45,287 nucleotides of DNA from Hyphomicrobiaceae bacterium (lineage in GTDB: Bacteria > Pseudomonadota > Alphaproteobacteria > Rhizobiales > Hyphomicrobiaceae), in contig JANXYD010000418.1 of NCBI GenBank assembly GCA_025350265.1, positions 1 to 45,287 of the forward strand. Direction: 5' to 3'. Below the pieces are notes generated by a model that saw only the letters and a list, made by a program, of their open reading frames with translations, had not been told where the DNA came from and made no database searches. Both the position numbers and the translations under genes were made by a program. Positions 35,307-44,139 of this stretch are shown one piece after another. Position 1 is the first letter of the stretch. Every line of letters begins with the position of its first letter.

Positions 35307-37493
35307 ATGCCGACCAACGGACACAGCGCCATGCAGCCGAACAGACCCAACCCCGTGCGTTCGTCTCCAGATCACATCGACCTGTCGGCTGTGGGGCGTG
35401 CCGTCGTGAGAAAATTGCCGGCGCTGCTGCTGATCGCCGGCCTGGTCGGGGCGGCCACGGCTGCGGTGCTCTCCACCATGGCACCGAAATATCAATCGCA
35501 GGCGCAACTCGAGGTTCGCGGCAACGGTTCGAGCGACGTCGGGGGGCGACCCGACAAGGAAGCGGTTGGCACGCACGTGCGCGGCCTGATGTCGACCGAG
35601 CTGGCCTTGAAGATGGCCGCGCGCCTCAACTTGACACGCGAGCCGGACTTCAACAGCGCGCTGGAACCGCCGGACCTCTATGGCCGATTGTGGCGGATGA
35701 TCGGTGTGGGCGGCACCAAGGCCGGCGAAACCGACGAAGACCGCTTGATGCAGGCCTATTTCAAATCGGTGCGCGCCTATCAGGTGCGCGATACCCGCAG
35801 CGTGATCGTCGACTGCACCACGTCGGGCGCGAAGTTTTCGGCCGATTGCGCCAACGCCCTCGCTGAACTCTATCGCGATAGCTTGAGCGGGCGGGCGGCA
35901 AGTGAAAACAGCGACGTGCGCACCAAGCTCAAGCCGCAAGTCGAGCGCTTGACGCGTGAGACGGCGGAAGCCGAAGCGATGGCGACCGAGTTCCGCGGGG
36001 CGGCGAACCTGTTCCAGGGCGGCACGCAGGCAACACAACTCAAAGACCAGCAACTCGGCGAATTGACCGCTGAATTGACACGCTCAGCAACCCAGCGCAG
36101 CGATGCGGAAGCGCGCGCGACGGCGGCCCGCGAAATGAGCATACGCGGCATCGCCGCTGCCAACCCGGATGTCCAAAAATCGGCACTCATTCCACGCATG
36201 GAAGAGCAGCGGGTCATTCTGGAGCGACAGATCTCCGAATTATCGGCGACGCTGCTCGACGGCCACCCCCGCATGAAGCAGTTGCACGCGGAACTCAACG
36301 GATTGCAGGCGCAGATTCGCGCCGAAGTGCAGAAAGTCGTCGAGAGCCTCGGCAACGATGCACGCATCGCCACCGATCGCGAAACCGGTGTCAGACGCCG
36401 GCTCGATGACATGAAGCGGACCGTCGTGTCTTCGGCACCCGATACCGCAAAGCTCGCCCAGTTCGACAATCAGGCCAAGGCGAAACGCGCGGAACTCGAG
36501 CGCGTGCAACGGCAGTACGAGGCCGCAGCGTCGAGTGCCGGGGCCGGCGTCGGCACGGTCGAGGTGGAAATCGTGTCACGTGCCTATCCGTCGAACGAAA
36601 AGGTGTTCCCAAAGATCGGCACCATGGCGCCGTTGGCCGCATTCGCTGCGTTGATCCTTGCGCTGGCGGCAACGTTGACGCGCGAATTGACACGCGGTGC
36701 GCGTCCGGCTGCAGACCCGGCTGCAAGCCTCGCTGCCGTCCAGCCTCACCAAGTGATGCCGCAGCAGGCCATGGCGCAGCACAAAACACCACGCCAGGAC
36801 GCGCCCGCACAGGTCGCGCGCGCAGCCACGGTCACGTCCCCACTCCTGACGCCCGAGGCGGCAGCCGTGCAACTCGCGGGCATGGCGCAGGATACGCTTG
36901 GCTTTCGGGTCCTGGCGGCATCGGCTGCGGCACCCATCGAGCCATCGCACCAAGCCCTCGCCATGGCTCGGGCATTAGCCGGCGGCGCGCGCCGCGTGGT
37001 GCTTATCGGTTGGGCCGGTAGCGGCGATGCCCTGGCGCTCGCGGCCGGCGTCGACGCAACCGTCGGCACCGCACAACTTCTTGCCGGCGACGCGTCATTG
37101 GAGGACGCGGTGCAGCGGTTGTCGGGCAGCACTCTCGACCTGATCGCAGCCGGTCACGACACCAACCAGACCATCGACGCAGACAGCGCGGCGATGGTGC
37201 TTGATGCGCTCGACGAGATCTATGATTTCATCATTGTTTGCGCGCCGAAGCCGTTGGCCGCCACTTTGTTCAGTGCTGTGCAAGGCCGCTTCGACGCGGG
37301 CGTTCTGGTGTCTCAGACGCCTTCGTCGGCGTCTCAAACTCGAACGGGCGCTGAGTTTCTAGGCTACGACGTCGCCGATTTTCCCGTTCTTGCAGTCGCC
37401 GTGCAGGCGCGAGCTTTCGATGAGCCTGCGGTTGCGTCGTCGCCGGAGCTGCTCGCTGCCACGCGCCCGCAAGCCGCAAGAGCGCCGCTTTAA
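35307..37493 (+). CDS. Polysaccharide co-polymerase (Wzz/ExoP/GumC-like chain-length determinant) with a degenerate C-terminal P-loop domain
   Basis: TM1 (LPALLLIAGLVGAATAAVL), then the Wzz motif STMAPKYQSQAQLEV, a long coiled-coil periplasmic region, and TM2 (MAPLAAFAALILALAATL). The C-terminal domain has the layout of a BY-kinase but lacks an intact Walker A. Start is ATG 35307 or 35331. Confidence 0.8.
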   Translation: MPTNGHSAMQPNRPNPVRSSPDHIDLSAVGRAVVRKLPALLLIAGLVGAATAAVLSTMAPKYQSQAQLEVRGNGSSDVGGRPDKEAVGTHVRGLMSTELALKMAARLNLTREPDFNSALEPPDLYGRLWRMIGVGGTKAGETDEDRLMQAYFKSVRAYQVRDTRSVIVDCTTSGAKFSADCANALAELYRDSLSGRAASENSDVRTKLKPQVERLTRETAEAEAMATEFRGAANLFQGGTQATQLKDQQLGELTAELTRSATQRSDAEARATAAREMSIRGIAAANPDVQKSALIPRMEEQRVILERQISELSATLLDGHPRMKQLHAELNGLQAQIRAEVQKVVESLGNDARIATDRETGVRRRLDDMKRTVVSSAPDTAKLAQFDNQAKAKRAELERVQRQYEAAASSAGAGVGTVEVEIVSRAYPSNEKVFPKIGTMAPLAAFAALILALAATLTRELTRGARPAADPAASLAAVQPHQVMPQQAMAQHKTPRQDAPAQVARAATVTSPLLTPEAAAVQLAGMAQDTLGFRVLAASAAAPIEPSHQALAMARALAGGARRVVLIGWAGSGDALALAAGVDATVGTAQLLAGDASLEDAVQRLSGSTLDLIAAGHDTNQTIDADSAAMVLDALDEIYDFIIVCAPKPLAATLFSAVQGRFDAGVLVSQTPSSASQTRTGAEFLGYDVADFPVLAVAVQARAFDEPAVASSPELLAATRPQAARAPL

Positions 37494-37505
37494 CGATTGC
37501 TTAAC
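37490..37505 (+). promoter_or_regulatory. Perfect CtrA-box consensus TTAA-N7-TTAAC
   Basis: TTAACGATTGCTTAAC at 37490-37505. It overlaps the stop codon of the ExoP-like gene and lies 120 nt upstream of the polysaccharide deacetylase start. It is the only full match I found when scanning every TTAA in this TTAA-poor window. Confidence 0.4.
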
Positions 37506-37624
37506 CCTGTGCCCGAAATCGCCGGCAAACCGCCGCGCCGCTCTAAGATGTGCACGCTTCTTGCTTCTGTGGGTTCATCGCCGTTTGACAGCGATCGCAT
37601 GCAACCTCAGCCGCGGATTTCGAC

Positions 37625-38695
37625 ATGAGCCGTCGTAGCACCAAGTTCCTGAAAGCGGCGCTGTCTGCGTTGCACTACAGCGGCGCAAGCGATTTGATGC
37701 AGCCGTTGACCGGCGGGCTAGGTGCCGTATTCATGCTGCATCATGTGATGCCGCAAGCGGCCGAGGGTTTTTCACCCAACCGGATCCTCAAGATCACCCC
37801 GGAATTTCTCGACGAAACGCTGCGCCAGACATTGGAAGCAGGCTTCGACATCCTGTCGCTCGACGAGGTCGCGCTGCGCCTCGCACAGCCCAGCGCTCAC
37901 GATCGGCCCTTCGTCGCGTTCACTTTGGATGATGCCTATCGTGACAATCTGGTGCATGCGGCACCAGTATTCCGGCGCTACGGCGCGCCCTACACCGTCT
38001 ATGCACCGACCGACTACATCGACGGCAAGGGTGACCTGTGGTGGCTGTCGCTTGAGCGGGCGATCGCGGCCCTTTCCCACGTGGAGTGCGACATCGAGGG
38101 TGACGTCGTTTGCCAGCCCACCATCTCCGTCGCCGAAAAAGACGCGGCGTACCACACGATTTATTGGAAACTGCGCCGGATCGACGAGACGCTCGCGCGC
38201 TCGAAGACTGCGGAACTGTGCATGGCCGCCGGTGTCGATACCGCCGACATGTGTCGCGACCTGGTGCTTGGATGGGACGGCCTGCGCGAGTTGGCCGCCG
38301 ACCCCTTGGTGACGATCGGCGCACACACACTTCGGCATTACGCGCTGGCGAAACTTGGGGCGGGTGCTGCCCGCCATGAGATGGCTGAAAGCATCAAGCG
38401 GCTGGAGACCGAGTTGCAGCGGCCGATCAAGCATTTCAGCTATCCGTTCGGCGACGTCTGCAGCGCCGGCGAACGCGAGTTCGATCTCGCGCGCGAGCTT
38501 GGCATGGTCACGGCGGTGACGACCCGCAAGGGCGTCATTCACGCCCATCATGCCTCGTCGCTGATGCACCTGCCGCGCGTATCTCTGAACGGCGACTATC
38601 AAAATACGCTTTACACCAAGACGCTGTTGTCTGGGGCGCCGTTCGCGCTCTACGACATGGCGAAATCGATGTTGCCGACGACGCAAGCCGCCTGA
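37625..38695 (+). CDS. Polysaccharide deacetylase family protein (NodB homology domain)
   Basis: FVAFTLDDAYRDNLVHAAPVFRRYGAPYTVY (DD metal/catalytic motif), ...IGAHTLRHY... and ...FSYPFG... are typical NodB-domain blocks. Confidence 0.8.
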   Translation: MSRRSTKFLKAALSALHYSGASDLMQPLTGGLGAVFMLHHVMPQAAEGFSPNRILKITPEFLDETLRQTLEAGFDILSLDEVALRLAQPSAHDRPFVAFTLDDAYRDNLVHAAPVFRRYGAPYTVYAPTDYIDGKGDLWWLSLERAIAALSHVECDIEGDVVCQPTISVAEKDAAYHTIYWKLRRIDETLARSKTAELCMAAGVDTADMCRDLVLGWDGLRELAADPLVTIGAHTLRHYALAKLGAGAARHEMAESIKRLETELQRPIKHFSYPFGDVCSAGEREFDLARELGMVTAVTTRKGVIHAHHASSLMHLPRVSLNGDYQNTLYTKTLLSGAPFALYDMAKSMLPTTQAA

Positions 38696-38926
38696 TCAGG
38701 CAGGGGGCGGCGCTGATCGGTCACGTTTGTACATCCACGATACGATCACCATCGCGACCGGCACCCAGCCAACGCCTGCGATCAGATAGAACATTGCGGA
38801 AATACCGGTTCCCATACCCGGCAGCGAACTTGCCGCGAACGCCGTGACGAGCAGCGAATAGACGACCAGTAATGCTAAAAGCCCGATCGTACCTAAGAGT
38901 TTGCGGATGGGATATCGCATAGCCAT
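38696..38926 (-). CDS. DUF2842 small membrane protein
   Basis: 76 aa with two hydrophobic helices (LLGTIGLLALLVVYSLLVTAFA; FYLIAGVGWVPVAMVIVSWM). Divergent from ctaA, an arrangement I recall as typical for DUF2842 in alphaproteobacteria. Confidence 0.65.
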   Translation of the reverse strand: MAMRYPIRKLLGTIGLLALLVVYSLLVTAFAASSLPGMGTGISAMFYLIAGVGWVPVAMVIVSWMYKRDRSAPPPA

Positions 38927-39011
38927 AGCTGGATTTCGTGCCTTTCCGGTAGCATGACGGCCGCGCTGCTACAGCGCATTGCCGCGCCGTTGACGGCGCT
39001 CTAGTTCTAGC

Positions 39012-40175
39012 ATGAAGGCTTTACCTACCCTGCAGCGTCATGGCCATGCAGCCAATGACCACATGATTGCGAGCGCGCGGTACCTGATGGCGACGATTGG
39101 AAGCTTGACGCAAACGCACCGGCCGCCGGTTGCGGATCCGACTGCGGCAATCGCTGGGCGCGGCGTGCAAAGGTGGCTGTATACTCTCGCACTCTTGGTG
39201 TTCGCCATGGTGGTGATCGGCGGCGCGACACGACTTACCGGGTCGGGGCTTTCCATCACCGAATGGCAGCCCATCGTCGGTACTTTGCCACCGCTTTCCG
39301 ATGCGGCTTGGCTCGACGCCTTCTCCAAGTATCAACAGATCCCGCAATATCAGACGATCAACAAGGGCATTTCGTTGGACGCGTTCAAGGCCATTTTCTG
39401 GTGGGAATGGGGCCACCGTTTGCTCGGTCGCCTGATCGGCGTGGTTTTCCTGCTGCCGTTCCTGGGCTTTCTCCTGCGCGGCTCCATCGATCGACCGCTG
39501 GCGTGGAGATTGTCTGTTTTGTTTGCATTGGGCGGACTGCAGGGCGCGCTTGGCTGGTACATGGTCAAATCCGGCCTCAGCGTTCGCACCGACGTCAGTC
39601 AATATCGGCTGGCAGCCCACCTGCTCGCCGCTTCGGCCTTGATGGCCGCCTTGCTCTGGACTGCCATCGACATCGGCAGTGTTGAACGCCGCCGCCGCAT
39701 CAGGCTGCGCACCCTGGCGAAAGGAAGCACGACCGTTGCCAGCGTGATTTTGGCGCTGGTGTTTTTGCAGATTGGCGCTGGCGCACTCGTCGCGGGCATG
39801 AAGGCCGGCCTCGCCTATAATACCTGGCCGCTGATGGATGGTCATCTGGTGCCGGCGGGCTTGGCGACAATGTCGCCCGTGTGGGCAAACGCGTTCGAGA
39901 ATGCGACCACCGTGCAATTCGATCATCGGTTGACCGCTTATGTGCTGGCGGCGCTCGTCATCTGGCAAGGTGTGCGGGTTCGCAGGAGTGCCGACGACGA
40001 GCGCATGACGCGTTCGGCGGCCGCGCTGGTCGCACTCGTGGTCATGCAGTTCGCCTTGGGAATCTGGACGCTGGTATCGCACGTGCCGTTGCACCTCGCG
40101 CTGGCGCATCAAGCAAGCGCCATGCTGGTGCTGGCGGCCGCAGTGTGGCATCTCCATACGCTGGTCCGTGAATAG
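39012..40175 (+). CDS. ctaA: Heme A synthase (COX15/CtaA)
   Basis: VVIGGATRLTGSGLSITEWQPIVGTLPPLSDAAWLDAFSKYQQIPQYQ...FWWEWGHRLLGRLIG... with conserved His-containing helices along the length. Alternative starts at ATG 39063 and 39087. Confidence 0.85.
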   Translation: MKALPTLQRHGHAANDHMIASARYLMATIGSLTQTHRPPVADPTAAIAGRGVQRWLYTLALLVFAMVVIGGATRLTGSGLSITEWQPIVGTLPPLSDAAWLDAFSKYQQIPQYQTINKGISLDAFKAIFWWEWGHRLLGRLIGVVFLLPFLGFLLRGSIDRPLAWRLSVLFALGGLQGALGWYMVKSGLSVRTDVSQYRLAAHLLAASALMAALLWTAIDIGSVERRRRIRLRTLAKGSTTVASVILALVFLQIGAGALVAGMKAGLAYNTWPLMDGHLVPAGLATMSPVWANAFENATTVQFDHRLTAYVLAALVIWQGVRVRRSADDERMTRSAAALVALVVMQFALGIWTLVSHVPLHLALAHQASAMLVLAAAVWHLHTLVRE

Positions 40176-40268
40176 AGTGCGAGCGGACACACCCTCGTTG
40201 GTTGCGAGATCCGCGCGTGTGCAGCGGCTTGCCGATCGGACCCACGACAGAGCAAAGAGCGCGTTGCG

Positions 40269-40958
40269 ATGGCCATCACCCATCTCGTCTTCGACCTGGA
40301 CGACACGTTGTACGCCGAGCGAGACTTCGCCATCGGCGGGTTCCGCGCCGCCACCAGCTGGGCCCGCGAAAGCCTCGGCATCGAGGTCAGCCTCGATCGC
40401 ATGCTGGCGTTGCTTGAAGATGGACACCTCGGCAAATTGTTCAACATGGCTCTCGCCGAGGCCAAAGCCGATCATAGCGCCGACGACCTCAAAGGGTTCG
40501 TCAAGGCTTATGCAAACCAGACACCGCAATTGCAATTGTTTCCGGACGCAGCGTTAGCCTTGAGCCATTGGGAAGGCCGCCTCAAGCTCGGCCTGATCAC
40601 GGACGGACACGCATCCACTCAGCACGCCAAGATCGCAGCACTCGCCCTCACTCGACGTTTCAAGCATATCATCGCCACCGGCGCGCTCGGGCCTGATCGT
40701 GCCTTCCACAAACCACATCCACGCGCGTTCGAATTGATGCAGTCGGCGCTCGGCAGCCCCGGCGATCGGTTCGTCTACGTCGGCGATAATCTATCGAAGG
40801 ATTTCATCGCGCCGAACACGCTGGGCTGGACGACTGTCTGGATCAACCGGCCCGCGCACCAGGCCCATCGCATCCACAAACACACGACGGCGGCGATCGG
40901 TGGCGAGCCTAAGTTCAGTATTGGCGACCTCGCGCAGTTGCAGACCATCCTGGCCTGA
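40269..40958 (+). CDS. HAD-superfamily hydrolase
   Basis: Motif I VFDLDDTLY at the N-terminus, motif III/IV region YVGDNLSKDF. 229 aa. Confidence 0.8.
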   Translation: MAITHLVFDLDDTLYAERDFAIGGFRAATSWARESLGIEVSLDRMLALLEDGHLGKLFNMALAEAKADHSADDLKGFVKAYANQTPQLQLFPDAALALSHWEGRLKLGLITDGHASTQHAKIAALALTRRFKHIIATGALGPDRAFHKPHPRAFELMQSALGSPGDRFVYVGDNLSKDFIAPNTLGWTTVWINRPAHQAHRIHKHTTAAIGGEPKFSIGDLAQLQTILA

Positions 40959-40974
40959 CACTTGGGCGTTCGCA

Positions 40975-41559
40975 TCATTTGCAGCCGATATTGGCCAGCA
41001 CCGGCCGGCGACGGCGCGACATCTCCTCGACGAGCGGATCGAAGACCTGGGCTTCGGCTGTCGGATAGGTCATCGCCCAGATATCCAGACGGCGATTATT
41101 GCAACTGAAGTGCACACGCTCGTAAAAGGTCTCGTCGCCCCGCGTGCCCGAAATGACGTACCAGTTACCGGCGACGCGATTGTAATCCAGCTTCGCATTC
41201 GCATAGCTCGCGGCGACCGCACGTTTGCGCAATTCCCCGACGCTGGCACCGTCGAGGTTGGGAAACGTGCCGACTTGCAGCGCCGCGCGTCCGTCGGCCG
41301 TCGTAAAAATGCGGCCGGCGTGGTCCGGCGTGCGGGCTTTCAGCTGATCTGTAGGATCACCTTTTTGCTCCGTAAAGACGCCCGACGGATAGTCGAACAC
41401 CAGATCCGCATCCGGACTGGTGTACGTCACCCAACGTTTGTCGGTAACGGCGACCGCAGCGGACGCTTCCAGCGCGTTGGCGCTCAGAACGAGCAGGCCG
41501 GCAATGACGCGCCACCGACCGCTGCAGCGCGCCGAACCCTTGTGCATCAACTGAGCCAT
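40975..41559 (-). CDS. Hypothetical secreted protein (194 aa)
   Basis: Signal peptide (RWRVIAGLLVLSANALEASAA). Coding-like G/C third-position bias. No recognisable motif. Confidence 0.55.
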   Translation of the reverse strand: MAQLMHKGSARCSGRWRVIAGLLVLSANALEASAAVAVTDKRWVTYTSPDADLVFDYPSGVFTEQKGDPTDQLKARTPDHAGRIFTTADGRAALQVGTFPNLDGASVGELRKRAVAASYANAKLDYNRVAGNWYVISGTRGDETFYERVHFSCNNRRLDIWAMTYPTAEAQVFDPLVEEMSRRRRPVLANIGCK

Positions 41560-41681
41560 GACGAAAGCCTTCGAAAACCGCAGCGCTTCCCCCCGAAAGC
41601 ACCGATAAAGCCGTGACTACGGACCGAGATCTCTGACGCGTGCTGTTTGCCAGCGCACGTGAGCTGTCGCAAGCTCGGCCC

Positions 41682-41806
41682 TAGGGTCGTTCCGGTTTTG
41701 GTGGACTCGCGAAACGACACTAGCTCCTTGTTTTGTAATGCTTCTTATCGGAAAACCGCTCACACCCGGGATCTCGTCCGGGGCATGCTTTATCCGGAAG
41801 CACTCT
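41682..41806. repeat. Dispersed ~125-nt intergenic element, copy B
   Basis: Collinear with 24711-24836 in the same orientation, with the identical 21-nt core at 41784-41804. Lies in a 456-bp AT-rich intergenic region. Confidence 0.6.
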
Positions 41807-41812
41807 AGTATC

Positions 41813-41986
41813 GTCCCGCTTAAGTTTCGACCTTCGCTCTCTCAGCCAGGCCAGAGTACCGTTCGACTATGAAAAAACCTGATCGCGTATATTTGAATGG
41901 TCAAGATCCCGAATATTTTCCGCGTGAAGGGCGCGAAAAATTCCGGGAAGACGGCGTTTGGATTCGGGTCCAAACTTAAGCGGGAC
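41813..41986. repeat. 174-bp unit bounded by perfect 15-bp inverted repeats (MITE-like or long hairpin)
   Basis: GTCCCGCTTAAGTTT at 41813-41827 and its exact reverse complement AAACTTAAGCGGGAC at 41972-41986. Pairing extends by a further 4 bp after one mismatch. AGTAT occurs just outside both ends (41807-41811, one base from the left arm; 41987-41991). The interior is AT-rich. Confidence 0.4.
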
Positions 41987-42015
41987 AGTATAACATAGCA
42001 ATTTTCGAGGCTCGC

Positions 42016-42801
42016 GTGAAAAAAAGCACATCGTCACCATCCGCAGCCAAGGCGCGCCGCACGTCCGCACGCGCAGCACCACCGGCAAAGCCTGCAGGTG
42101 CCGCAACGACCAAGCGGATCGCTGCGCCCAAAACACCAGTCCCGATCCTCGCATCCCCCGTGTCCTGCATCCACACCGACGACGACGTGAAGGCCGCGAT
42201 CAAGGCGCTGCGGCGCAAGTGCGCCCACATTCGCACCGCGCATGACCTCGCGGGACACCCGCCATTGCGACGGCGGGCGGGGGGCTTTCAGGGCCTGGTG
42301 CGCATCGTCAACGGACAGCAATTGTCGGTCGCCAGCGCGACCGCGATTTACGCGCGGATCGAGGCCACCCTGCAGCCCTTGACCGCGGAGGCGATGCTTG
42401 CAGCATCAGACGAAACGTTGCGCGGCTGCGGCCTGTCGCGCCCAAAAATCAAGACGCTGCGCGCCATTTCAGTCGCCGTCATGGATGGGCTGCTGCTGGA
42501 GGCACTCGACACCGTGACCGCTGCCGAGGCGATCGCGCAATTGACGGCCGTGTCAGGCATCGGTCCTTGGACAGCCGACATCTATCTGATGTTCTGCGTC
42601 GGCCATGCCGATGTGTTCGCGCCGGGGGACCTCGCGTTGCAGGTGGCGGCGCAGATGTTGATGGGGCTACCGCTGCGGCCAACGGCGCGCGAGATGGCTA
42701 CAATCGCCGAGCGTTGGCGGCCGCATCGCGCGGTCGCTGCCCGCCTGCTGTGGGCCTACTACGCGGCGGCCAAGAAACAGGGTCTTGCGGTGCCGGTGTA
42801 A
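42016..42801 (+). CDS. alkA: DNA-3-methyladenine glycosylase II family (HhH-GPD, AlkA-like) with a Lys/Ala/Pro-rich N-terminal tail
   Basis: GTG 42016 with GAGG 5 nt upstream. HhH motif LTAVSGIGPWTADIYLMF and catalytic-Asp context FAPGDLALQ. The basic N-terminal tail is KKSTSSPSAAKARRTSARAAPPAKPAGAATTKR. Confidence 0.75.
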   Translation: MKKSTSSPSAAKARRTSARAAPPAKPAGAATTKRIAAPKTPVPILASPVSCIHTDDDVKAAIKALRRKCAHIRTAHDLAGHPPLRRRAGGFQGLVRIVNGQQLSVASATAIYARIEATLQPLTAEAMLAASDETLRGCGLSRPKIKTLRAISVAVMDGLLLEALDTVTAAEAIAQLTAVSGIGPWTADIYLMFCVGHADVFAPGDLALQVAAQMLMGLPLRPTAREMATIAERWRPHRAVAARLLWAYYAAAKKQGLAVPV

Positions 42802-42897
42802 CCGCCGCTTTGCCTTTGTTTCGCCGATAGTCAGCGCCATGGAGAGCGCGGGGACGGAAGGGAGATATCGACTTTCAGACGAACCGGGGGACCACCC

Positions 42898-43764
42898 ATG
42901 ATCGGTTTCACACGGCGCGCTGCCGCCGCCTCAGATGCCCAATCGACAGACGAAATCACCGCCGACACCTGCGAATGGCAAATCAACGCCGGCGATAGGA
43001 TCGGTGCGAAACCAGCGCGCAGTCGCGGTCGGTGGTTCAAGCGCACACTCATGCTGGCGACCATTGTTACGGGTGCCTATGCGCTCTACGACGATCCCAC
43101 CCGCGCGCCGCGTTGGTGGGACACGGCCTCCGGTATCGGTGCCCCGCTGTTGCAACGGCTCTCGCAGAGCGCCACCACAACCCCCGCTGCCTCTGCAAAT
43201 CCGGCATCACCAGTCTTGAAGTCACCCGAGGAAATGGATCCCCCGGCACAGCGCGCCACGGCCGAACCGCACCTGCAGCAGCAAGCGATTTTTCCGCTCG
43301 ACAGAGCTTCGGCCGCAAGCGCCTCCGCGCCCGCCAACGCAATAGAGCCGGCGGAATCGTCGCCGCCGCACGCATCGCGCCCGGAGGCGTCTGCCGGTTT
43401 CATGCCCGAATACGCGCCGCCGCAGGAATCGCCGTCCACCAACCCATTTGCAAAACGCGCCAAGGCCGCAGGCCTGCATCCCGATCTGTCGCCGACGCTG
43501 CTTGCGGAATTGTCCGACGCCGACTACCGCAATGCCGGTATCGCCACGCAAACGGCGCTGGAGAAAACGCCGGCCGATGCGACCTTCACGTGGCCGCTGC
43601 GCCGCGAAAAGGGATTGGCGACATTCGAAGTCCGCTTTGTTACGGGCGCAGCACCCGACTGCCGTCGCTATATCGTGACGATCGAGAAAAACCGCTGGCT
43701 CACAACCGCGCTGCCGGTGGAAACCTGCGCCGCTCAGCGCAAAGCCATGCACAGAGCCAGTTGA
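42898..43764 (+). CDS. Hypothetical membrane-anchored protein with a C-terminal surface-antigen-like (COG4520-type) domain
   Basis: TM segment LMLATIVTGAYALY, then a Pro/Ala/Ser-rich linker. The C-terminal LSDADYRNAGIATQTALEKTP.DATFTWPLRREKGLATFEVRFV....PDCRRYIVTIEKNRW......VETC resembles the D..D...A...ALE...W......G......CR.Y...I.....C pattern of 17-kDa-antigen-type domains. Motif level only. Confidence 0.5.
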   Translation: MIGFTRRAAAASDAQSTDEITADTCEWQINAGDRIGAKPARSRGRWFKRTLMLATIVTGAYALYDDPTRAPRWWDTASGIGAPLLQRLSQSATTTPAASANPASPVLKSPEEMDPPAQRATAEPHLQQQAIFPLDRASAASASAPANAIEPAESSPPHASRPEASAGFMPEYAPPQESPSTNPFAKRAKAAGLHPDLSPTLLAELSDADYRNAGIATQTALEKTPADATFTWPLRREKGLATFEVRFVTGAAPDCRRYIVTIEKNRWLTTALPVETCAAQRKAMHRAS

Positions 43765-43836
43765 AATAGTCTCTTGCGCCCGACCAACGCCTTCGCTCTA
43801 TATGCCACGGATAAAATTCAAACCGGAGCGATGATC

Positions 43837-44130
43837 ATGGCCAAGGGATATTGGATCGCGCATGTGGATGTCACCGATCCCGTCGCCTATAAAGAATATG
43901 TTCGCCTCAACGGCATCGCCTTCGCGAAGTTTGGTGCGAAGTTCCTCGTGCGTGGCGGCGTATCAGAACTTAGAGCCGGCAGACTTCAACCGCGCCATGT
44001 CGTGATCGAGTTCGCCAGTTATGCCGCAGCCAAGGCCTGTTACGACAGTCCGGAATATCAAGCCGCCGCCAAAGTGCGCGACACCGCTGGCATCGTCGAT
44101 ATCGCGATCGTCGAAGGCTATGACGGCTGA
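43837..44130 (+). CDS. DUF1330 domain protein
   Basis: MAKGYWIAHVDVTDPVAYKEYVRLNGIAFAKFGAKFLVRGG......G....R.VVIEF.SY..A.ACY.SPEYQ.A is the DUF1330 pattern. ATG 43837 has GGAG 8 nt upstream. The ORF extends to 43774. Confidence 0.8.
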   Translation: MAKGYWIAHVDVTDPVAYKEYVRLNGIAFAKFGAKFLVRGGVSELRAGRLQPRHVVIEFASYAAAKACYDSPEYQAAAKVRDTAGIVDIAIVEGYDG

Positions 44131-44139
44131 ACGTCGCCC

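Noticed and set aside
39021-40535. The longest unexplained ORF in the track (504 aa, minus strand).
   Set aside because: It is fully antisense to ctaA and the HAD gene and runs straight across their intergenic spacer. Its composition is Arg/Gln/His/Gly/Asp-rich, as expected for the reverse frame of a G+C-rich gene, and it has no recognisable motif. The plus-strand genes have unambiguous family signatures.
41869-41979. A 36-codon ORF (MKKPDRVYLNGQDPEYFPREGREKFREDGVWIRVQT) inside the inverted-repeat-bounded unit.
   Set aside because: It has no Shine-Dalgarno sequence, its third-position G/C content is far below that of the real genes here, and its stop lies within the inverted-repeat arm. I cannot exclude a small protein, but the sequence gives no positive support.
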